Positions 37,967 to 46,700 of a DNA stretch of 64,000 nt are shown piece by piece. Source of the DNA: a virus; the IMG/VR virus record IMGVR_UViG_3300044675_002751, positions 24,090 to 88,089 of that record, one strand, 5' to 3'. The notes beneath the pieces were generated by a model that saw only the letters and a program-made list of their open reading frames with translations, did not search any database and was not told where the DNA came from. The position numbers and the translations under genes are program-made. Position 1 is the stretch's first letter; each line of letters begins with the position of its first letter.

Positions 37967-39301
37967 TTAGAGTATTTCAAATTCATAACCTTGAGCACGG
38001 AGTTGTTCTAGTTGTGCAGGACTTACTTCCATCTCTTGACCTACAACAGGACCTCCTTGTCTATAACTAGCAGTTGGCATAAACTCAGGAATATATCCTC
38101 CATAAGCATAACCTGCATTCCCAGACCAAGTTGGAGTTTTTGATCTCTGACGTCTACCATTATAATCTATATAACCACCCCTACCATATATCATTGAATA
38201 GTCTACATCTTCGTCATCATCATCTGCAGAAGAACTTTCTTCTTGAGCAGCAGGAACTTCTTGTTCAGATGATTCTTCTTCATCTACTTCTTCTACATCT
38301 TCTTCATACTCTTCCTGAGCTTCTGGCATATCCTGTTGATCCGCTTGAACTATTTCTTGATACATCTGCATAAGAAGTTGCTCTTGTTCTTCTTCACTTC
38401 TTTGCTGTAATTCACCAACAATAGCTTCTACAGACATAGCTGAATAATCAGCATATGCTTGTATTATTTCTTCTGCAGAAGGCATGTTTTCCAACTCACC
38501 ACCATCTTGCCAGGTAGCTCTAGCAAATGCTCTGAAGTATGGATTCTTATCCAGGTTCTTTTTATGACGAGCATAAAAGGCTTTTTTCCTTTCAGGATCT
38601 CTTGGATGCTGACCAAGCTTTGAGTCACCAAAGTATTTAACAGTACCATCAGGTCCTGTTACTTTATGTGTTTTTCCTTTTCTATCATTGCTTCTGCTTA
38701 CAACATATCCACCTTTTTTCATTTTTTCCATTTGCTCAGAAGCTTCAGGACCATACATTAAATAGTCAGATATAGCATCTGCACTATGATCCATAACAGC
38801 TAGCTTAGAAGCAATCCACGGATCAAGATTCTCATCTGGTTTTATAAACTTCAACAGCTTACTCATTTTATCAGATACAGCAGCCATCTGACCCATTGCC
38901 ATTTCACCATTAGCTTCTCCACCATCTGCCATAAACGGATAAGCCATACCACCATATGCCATGTTTTCAATAATCTTAGCCTGAACATATTCAGGGAGGG
39001 CTTGAAAACCTGCGTTCTGAGGTTCTCCACCTTGAGCCATAGAACTCATCTTTTGTTGAAGAGCATTACCTGAATACCCTTGAGCTTTAAGCTGTGCTTC
39101 TAAAAGCCAATTAGGTTTACCACCATCTGCCATCATTGGTATTTCCATACCATATTCAGCTTTACGCCAGGTTCCACCTTTACCTTTGTACCACTTAGCA
39201 GCCCAGCCGTTAGCATAAGCACTTGGATATACATCAAATTTTTGTTTAGCTAAAGACTTAGCTTTAGACCACAGACTGGGGTTATTAGGTTTGTTTGCCA
39301 T
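37967..39301 (-). CDS. Modular virion cargo protein with nine [MYW]xxGG motifs
   Basis: Short distinct modules separated by MADGG, MAQGG, MAYGG, MADGG, MKKGG, WQDGG, YGRGG, YAYGG, YRQGG. Confidence 0.7.
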   Translation of the reverse strand: MANKPNNPSLWSKAKSLAKQKFDVYPSAYANGWAAKWYKGKGGTWRKAEYGMEIPMMADGGKPNWLLEAQLKAQGYSGNALQQKMSSMAQGGEPQNAGFQALPEYVQAKIIENMAYGGMAYPFMADGGEANGEMAMGQMAAVSDKMSKLLKFIKPDENLDPWIASKLAVMDHSADAISDYLMYGPEASEQMEKMKKGGYVVSRSNDRKGKTHKVTGPDGTVKYFGDSKLGQHPRDPERKKAFYARHKKNLDKNPYFRAFARATWQDGGELENMPSAEEIIQAYADYSAMSVEAIVGELQQRSEEEQEQLLMQMYQEIVQADQQDMPEAQEEYEEDVEEVDEEESSEQEVPAAQEESSSADDDDEDVDYSMIYGRGGYIDYNGRRQRSKTPTWSGNAGYAYGGYIPEFMPTASYRQGGPVVGQEMEVSPAQLEQLRAQGYEFEIL

Positions 39302-39309
39302 AGGATATA

Positions 39310-42300
39310 TTAATTTCTTTTATGATTGTAGTTAATACGTTGAGATGATGTCTTATTTCTTTTAAACTTAGCTTTCTCAGCAGAACTCATTTCAGATGAA
39401 GTCTTTGGAGTTTCAGAAGATACTCTTTTAGAAGGACGACATGCAGGATAACCTTTACGACTTTCTCCTTCTTGTCTACCACAAGTTTTTCCTGTCTTTA
39501 CATCAACCCACTTTTCAGCAAACCATCTGTCCAATCCACCGTGCTGACCACCTTTGGCCATCATATTAATTTCTCCACCTTGTTTCTTTTGAAAGAATAA
39601 TGGCAGATTCTCTGTTTTATTTTTAACATACTGCATATAACCACCTGGACTCAAAAAAGATTTAGGATTAATATCATATATATCATATACTCCTTTCTTA
39701 GAGTTAAACTTGACATTACCAGATACATTATCAACATCTAAAGCAATACCTTTATCTCTTAACTGTTTTGCTTGTTTAAGAAATAGTGCGTAAGCATCTC
39801 TACTTGATAGATTTAGTTTTTCAACATTAGTATTATTAAGATTATCCATAATACTAACTTCATTTTTTGTAGGACCAGTACCTTTCCATACTGACGGAGT
39901 ATCAAAGTTTTGATATTTAACAGGTATGGCAATATTACCTGTACCTCTCATGGACTGTACACTTTCTAATAACTCAGGAGTCCATTGATTACCAAAGGGT
40001 CTTCCCAACTTAATTACACTTTGCGGATGATTTTTAAACTCATACACAGAACCATAAGTACCTTGACCTAGTTTTTTACCAAATGGTGTTTTATCTATCA
40101 AAGAGTTTTCATAATCACTTCTACCTTTCTGTAGTTCTTTAAAATCAATTTTCTTTTTTGCACGTAGAATTTCTAATTTTTTATTATTTTCTGCAATAGA
40201 CTGAACATATTGCGGAAACCCACTTTGTAAATCTATTGTTTCTGGACTTACTTCTTTAGTATATCCCTTCCACCAATGTGGTTTATCTCCTACGTTTTTA
40301 AAACCGAAAGGATTAGAAAGATTACGGTTTAATTTATAAGCATTTTTTAAAGCGGTATTCTCTGTAAGATACTTACCTGCAACTTTTGTTCCTTGGTTAA
40401 CTGCACCTGGAACTTTACCCAAAGCCCCTGCTGCTTTTGGTATCATAGAAGGAGCTACATTAACAACGTCTTCAGCAAAGTTTGCAAAGTTTCCAACACC
40501 TGTGTTACTAGGATTGAAGTATCTATTACCGGCATCCATAGTCAGATTGGCAAAAGATCTTCCTGGTGAGGTGAATATACTAGTAGCAACATCAGCAACA
40601 GGATTGCCTGTGTTTGTTAGCATGTTAGCACCTCTCAAAATTCTTGCTCTTAATGAATTATCTTTTAACAAATAACTTTGTTCCTCAACTGATTTGTTAG
40701 GATTGTAATCAGGATGCATCTGAGTACGATAGCTGTCGTTGTTAACCTTTTCAATAATACTGTTTGCTTTTGCATCTTTAGTTCTTACGGCTCTTCTAGC
40801 ATGAGCTTCTGAATAACCCCCTTTGTTTATTAATGCTTGAACTTGTTGCTCAGCTTTTTTATTAGATGATTCTTGAGCAGCTATTTGATTAGCAACCCTT
40901 CTATCTATACCGCTATTGGTACTACTAGCAACTGCTCTGGGTCTTTCAAAGTTAACCTGACCTCTTATTTGATAAGTTGGTAACTTACTATGCTGACCAC
41001 CTTTTTTAAAACTATCGTACATAGTCTCAGCACCCAAAGCACCAAGCAGAGCACGATTTGCCATTAAATTTGCATCAGTCATACCTTTCACTTTTGTAAA
41101 AGGTTCTATATAATTAACTCTTGGAATATTCCTAGTACCGGAAGGAAGATTAGCTTGTGGACTAAATGGATACAATGGTTGTCCTGGTTTTAAATATTTA
41201 CTATTTCTTCTGAATTCATTAAAACCTAAGAATGTAGGTAATGCAACAGATGCCGCATTAATTGCAGCATTGTCGTAGTTTCCTTTACGAGTTTCCATAC
41301 CTGCCTGAAATGCGTCTACTCCACTACCTAACATATTGCCTATTTTTCCGACAGCCTGTCCTATAGGATGAGGTATAAAATTACCAGCCTGCATTGCGTC
41401 TGTTATTACATCTGCATAACCCAGTCCTTTGTTAAGAAGTTTTTCTGCTTTTCTCCAGTTGTAAAATTGTTGTCTTACAGCGTCAGGAGTAGATGACCGA
41501 GGTTGTAAAACAGGTTGTTCTTTTTTAGAAGCACGCTGAGCATGTTGTTTTAAATGCTCCATCTTTAGTTGGTCAGAAGTCTTCTTTACTACAGGTTTTT
41601 TTACATAAGTAGAATTAGACATTATAGGATCTACTACATTAGTGTTTTGTCCACCACTATCAAATCTTTTAAAACTACCTACACCTGGATTAGGAGCAAT
41701 CTGAGGTTGTTTCCATTTAAACAATGGTATATTATCTGGTTTACTATAATTAAACGTCATAGGCATCTCATGACCAGTAACTGCATTTATCTGATCTTCC
41801 ATATATTTATATGGTTTAGATGCGTACAAAGGAGATCTGTAACTAAGAGGTACACTATTTTTATTATACAAGTTATCTGCTAACAAATCCTTAGGAGCAG
41901 CTTTTATAAGTGTAGTTCTTCTTGGGTATAAAAACTTATTTCTTGGTATTATATACTCATTAGGATTCATTTCAAATCTAGATGTATTCTGACTCTCTTT
42001 AAGAGCTACTATATCCTTATCACCTTTAATATTCTTTTTCCAAAAAGGTACTTTGTATTCAGTTAAACGTAAGTCTTTTCCATCCAACAACCCACGATTA
42101 CTAGCATACTGACCTATCTCTGCAAGACTTGAAGTAGTCCAATCTCCTTTTTCATAAACTTTTTTTGCTAAGTCATTAGCTTCATAACCAAGTTTATTAC
42201 CCCCAACAGCTTCTACTCTGTATGTTCTTTTAGGATAAATAGCTCTATCTATTTTTTGAGGAATATTCTTGAAAAATGGCTCAGCAAATTTTTCACCGGC

Positions 42301-43728
42301 ACCTGCTATCAATGGTAGTCCTATTGATGTTACATATGGTAGTATTGAATTTTCTTGTTTAGCCATTAACGGAGCAGTACCTAACCCGCCTGCTACAGAA
42401 GTAACTAAACTTAAAGGGTTAAGATAGTTATCAAAAAATGATTCATTATCTTCATTAAACCTACCTCTTTGTTCAACTGCTTTACCTTGTACATAAGACT
42501 TTTCCCTCCAATCCATTTGATCAAACGTCTTTTTTTCTCCTGTAGGTAAAACATATGGCTGTCCTTGATCAACAGCAGCAACTGCAGATTTTCTATCTGC
42601 AACTCTCTCAGCAAGTTCTTTTTTTTGTATTTTATTTTGCTCTGCAATCCAATCAAGTCTTTTTTTGTTAGCAAGCTCTGGAGTATTTGTAGCTTGAATT
42701 GGTTTATTATTACTTCCTAAATAATAGCTTTTGGGTGCTCCTTGACTTTTTATTGGCTTACCATATTTTTTTACATAATCTGTAACACTATTAAGTTCTC
42801 CGCCAACTTGTTTAATGTGACGTATGTACATGTCAAGATCCTTGTTTTTTCTGAGGATATTATCACGTATATCCATTACACGTTTTCCATACAAAGGATT
42901 CTTACGCATATCTATCCCTTCTTTAGGAACAGGTACACCATAAATCTTCTTCATTTTAAAACCATGATAATCCTGCTCAGTTTCTGGAAAAACCTTACCC
43001 AAACCATTATAAGTCTGGAATCTCATTTCAGGATCCTTGTAACCAAGCTTATCAGCATATTGCATTTTAGTAGCAATAGCTCTTGCGTATACGTCAAAAT
43101 CATCTACGTCTCCATCATCTAATTTGCTTGGTATAATTTGGTTTCCTTCCAATAAGTAATGTCCTACTGGACCATCACTTATTTTACCCCAACCAGTCTC
43201 TTGAAGATCAATAGCCAAGGCATCATAAGGATCTATACCATATCTTTTAGCAGCTTTAACTATACCATAAATTCTATCACTAGGATATTTACCGGTTAAG
43301 AGTTCTACATTAGGATTAATAGGTTTACCAGTTGTCCTGCTAACCTTACGAGAATCTTTTATGTACATTTCTTTAGGTAGTGTAAGTACAACACCTTTTT
43401 TCTTTGGTTGTTCCATACCAAACAAGTTCCTAAGATCTGCAGCTATAGATGAAAACCAACCAGTTTCTTCACCACCATTTTGCATTAACGGATATTCTCT
43501 TACAGGCTTAGAAGGAAAATAATAATCCTGCCCATCTTTCATATACTGACGCGTACCATCAGGAGAAACACCGATAGCATCAAACCCAACTCCTTTCATA
43601 GTAATATGCTGAGAGTTGATATCTGTCACCTGACCTGGTGTTTGCCACTGGTTTTTGGGCGTACGAACTTTCTTAGGCTTAGCTAAGTTGTTCATAATCT
43701 GCGTAAGTAGTTTACCGTTGTGACTCAT
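39310..43728 (-). CDS. Polyvalent cargo protein with lysozyme/SLT-like, ART-like, kinase-like and C-terminal DUF5872-like modules
   Basis: AAKRYGIDP..AIDLQETG..YNG; YR..WTTSS..NEY; LGQGTYGSVY..VIK; GLDRWFAEKWVD..CGR..YPACRP. Confidence 0.7.
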   Translation of the reverse strand: MSHNGKLLTQIMNNLAKPKKVRTPKNQWQTPGQVTDINSQHITMKGVGFDAIGVSPDGTRQYMKDGQDYYFPSKPVREYPLMQNGGEETGWFSSIAADLRNLFGMEQPKKKGVVLTLPKEMYIKDSRKVSRTTGKPINPNVELLTGKYPSDRIYGIVKAAKRYGIDPYDALAIDLQETGWGKISDGPVGHYLLEGNQIIPSKLDDGDVDDFDVYARAIATKMQYADKLGYKDPEMRFQTYNGLGKVFPETEQDYHGFKMKKIYGVPVPKEGIDMRKNPLYGKRVMDIRDNILRKNKDLDMYIRHIKQVGGELNSVTDYVKKYGKPIKSQGAPKSYYLGSNNKPIQATNTPELANKKRLDWIAEQNKIQKKELAERVADRKSAVAAVDQGQPYVLPTGEKKTFDQMDWREKSYVQGKAVEQRGRFNEDNESFFDNYLNPLSLVTSVAGGLGTAPLMAKQENSILPYVTSIGLPLIAGAGEKFAEPFFKNIPQKIDRAIYPKRTYRVEAVGGNKLGYEANDLAKKVYEKGDWTTSSLAEIGQYASNRGLLDGKDLRLTEYKVPFWKKNIKGDKDIVALKESQNTSRFEMNPNEYIIPRNKFLYPRRTTLIKAAPKDLLADNLYNKNSVPLSYRSPLYASKPYKYMEDQINAVTGHEMPMTFNYSKPDNIPLFKWKQPQIAPNPGVGSFKRFDSGGQNTNVVDPIMSNSTYVKKPVVKKTSDQLKMEHLKQHAQRASKKEQPVLQPRSSTPDAVRQQFYNWRKAEKLLNKGLGYADVITDAMQAGNFIPHPIGQAVGKIGNMLGSGVDAFQAGMETRKGNYDNAAINAASVALPTFLGFNEFRRNSKYLKPGQPLYPFSPQANLPSGTRNIPRVNYIEPFTKVKGMTDANLMANRALLGALGAETMYDSFKKGGQHSKLPTYQIRGQVNFERPRAVASSTNSGIDRRVANQIAAQESSNKKAEQQVQALINKGGYSEAHARRAVRTKDAKANSIIEKVNNDSYRTQMHPDYNPNKSVEEQSYLLKDNSLRARILRGANMLTNTGNPVADVATSIFTSPGRSFANLTMDAGNRYFNPSNTGVGNFANFAEDVVNVAPSMIPKAAGALGKVPGAVNQGTKVAGKYLTENTALKNAYKLNRNLSNPFGFKNVGDKPHWWKGYTKEVSPETIDLQSGFPQYVQSIAENNKKLEILRAKKKIDFKELQKGRSDYENSLIDKTPFGKKLGQGTYGSVYEFKNHPQSVIKLGRPFGNQWTPELLESVQSMRGTGNIAIPVKYQNFDTPSVWKGTGPTKNEVSIMDNLNNTNVEKLNLSSRDAYALFLKQAKQLRDKGIALDVDNVSGNVKFNSKKGVYDIYDINPKSFLSPGGYMQYVKNKTENLPLFFQKKQGGEINMMAKGGQHGGLDRWFAEKWVDVKTGKTCGRQEGESRKGYPACRPSKRVSSETPKTSSEMSSAEKAKFKRNKTSSQRINYNHKRN

Positions 43729-46700
43729 TATCTAGGTGATTGAAGAAGTTTTTGGTTAGATAACTTGAATATTATTTTACTATCCCCACTCTTAAGTTTT
43801 CTAAGCCATACACGATTTACATTGTGACGAAACTTTTTACGTTCTAATACAGGCTTTTGATAGTTTACATATTGTGGATTAATCTGAAATTCATATCCGT
43901 TAGACCTAGTAAGGAACATTGGAATATCTGCAGAAGTAAACTCCCCACGGTTTCTGGTAATGTCCCAGAACTGGTTAAACCTGTATTTATTTTCTTCTTT
44001 AGAATAAAGTATCTTGATAGAAGTCTGACCCACTTGAGGATATGACAACATAGAAACAGGATTAACCTTACTCTTTAATTCCATCTCTAAAAGACCAGAT
44101 ATCTGCTCTGAGTTATAAATCATAGCATAATCAAAAGCCTGATCTAAAACATGAAACTTGTCTCCACACTCATTGTAGTATTTATAAGTTTCCATTAAGT
44201 ATTCTATATTACGTACAGAGTTAACCATCTGACCTGTAGCTGAAACAAACTCCACTTCAAACGGGTAATCAACACCGTAATAATTGCAGAACAAATCACA
44301 ACGGCTATTGTGTTTCCAGATAGAGTTACGGTTAACACTCATAAAGTGAGCTTTACCTGGAATAACGTATGTTGGTTTCCAGTCATGAAAACTCAACCAC
44401 ATTTTACTTTTAGGGTCATATGATATAGTCCATGAAGCATCCTCCCAGGCAGATCTATCAGAAAACGGATAGTAGGTTTTTATTCCGTCAATTATTTTAT
44501 AAAAGCCGTTACTGTCATAAATAAGATCTTTCATTAAAGGCTTGTAGTCCTTTTTAGAAATATAAATTATCTCATTTGTATTGTCATATATCATCTGTAC
44601 ACCAATACCTTGAACAGGGTTATCAGATAATGGATAATCAGGATATACCTTTAAAAGGTCACTAGGAAGATATCTGCTGAACCACCACTTCATTCCATCA
44701 CGTGAAATCTCATTAAGACCGCCTGCAAACTGAAATACTTTACCTTGGTCTTGGCTTACCCAGAATACACCATATGTACAGTTAAGAGTAGCCCATTTAC
44801 TTTGGCAAGATCCGTATTCATAACTCTCATCTACATTAACAACATTTTGTAACTGTTGTGCCCCACTAAATAAAGCTCCGTCTCCTATTGTAATCTTAGC
44901 ACCTGTAGCATCTAGCTTAAGCTCCTCCTGACCCATAAACTGCAGCGGACTCTGCCTTCTCATCATAAACAAAGCACCTGTTCGGTTAATAGGTTTTACA
45001 GCAGTGATAGGTGAGCCAAAATCTTTATAGTTATTAGCTAGGTATACACGCCAGCTATCTTTCTTTGCTTCCATTTGCTGTGGAAGAGAGTAGATTACCC
45101 TGTCCGGATAATAAGAGTAACAGGTCTCTGCTTTTTTAGGATCAAAGTCACGCGGGAATATATTACCCCAAGTAATCTGAGAACCAAAAAGTTTAGCAAC
45201 ACTTAAAGAGTAATCATATTTATAGTAGTTGCCTTCTTTAATAATATCACTACGAAACATCTGAGGATAGTCTTTATACTCATATGGATCATAGTGACGT
45301 TTAGCCGGAGTATCTTCCCAATCACGGTAAGCTAGATTTATTTCACTCTCTACATAAAAGTCACGCACACCGCTATAAAATAAATAGAAATAACCTTGTG
45401 CTACAAAAAACAGGGAGCTGTCCAGTTCATCAAGGCTTCTGTTATTAGCTACATTAGAAAATATGCGGAAACTTTGACGAGTAGAGTCAATCCAAAAACG
45501 TGGATATGCAATAGCTGCATATGCTCGGTAGTCAAACTCTGTCAAGTCTGGTTCACCCATCAACCAGGTGTTAAAGAAAAAGAAAGAGTTCTTTTCTGTA
45601 AAACGATTGATATAAACATCACCACCAAAAAATATCTCACTTTTATATTTAGCTGCTGGATTGTTAGCAGCTTGTACACAATAACTAATTGGCAGTTGTT
45701 TAATAGATTCAAGTTGACCATACTGAGATGGGACTGTCACCTTTACAGCTCCATAGTGTCCAGAAATAGTACTCTCCCCCATTCTATTAATTCTACCAAT
45801 AGAATTAAAACGAAACCTACTATTATCTACTACTGATGGATTGGTTATCTCTCTGTCAATCTTTAATCCAACAAAACCAGAACGGTTTACATTATTGATT
45901 GTATGATCAGCGTCAAAGCTATGAACACTATTTCCAATATATCCACTTTTTTCTATTCTGTATCTTCTATAATTCTCAGCTTTAGTAGATGCATTATCAT
46001 AAAAACCGTGAGAGTCATATTGTAAAGCATTCTGACGTTTTGGAATCATGCCGTATACAATATTCATAATCTGCTCACCAATCATGTTAGATTCCAAGAC
46101 TGTCATTGCTATAGCCATTGTAGCATTATAAACACCAATAATGGTATTCTCAACAGCAACAACTGGGTTTGGAAACATTACGCTACCACCTGTACCTAAA
46201 ACTTCAGCACTACCACCAATAGCATAATTTGGTTTCTTAGTAAGACTTAACTTCTTATCATATGGTAATTCCTGAGTTCCTGCTAAAGTAATATTCATAT
46301 CTTGTGCCATAACAGAAAGCACATTACCAACACTTACTATTACAGAAATAACACTACTAAATATACCGGCAAAGTTTGTCGGGGTTTTAAATTTAGGATG
46401 CTTATAAGGATGACTAAAAAATCCTTGGCTTTTACCACTAATTTCTTGATACACTTTTAACTCACTTACACCTAAAAAAGGTTTTGTAAATGATGTATCA
46501 GGACTGTGAAAAGATAAATAGTCTTTTTTATATTTAGATAAAGGACTATCTAAACTAGCTTCAGAACGACCTGTTTTTCCTGCTTTTAATTTATCTCTTT
46601 GCTCTCTTAGTTTCTTTTTAGCTGCTCTTCGATCGGCACGCCTTTGCCTAGCTTCCTGCCTCCTTCTACGTTTGCCTGCTTTTTCATCCTCCTCATCTTC

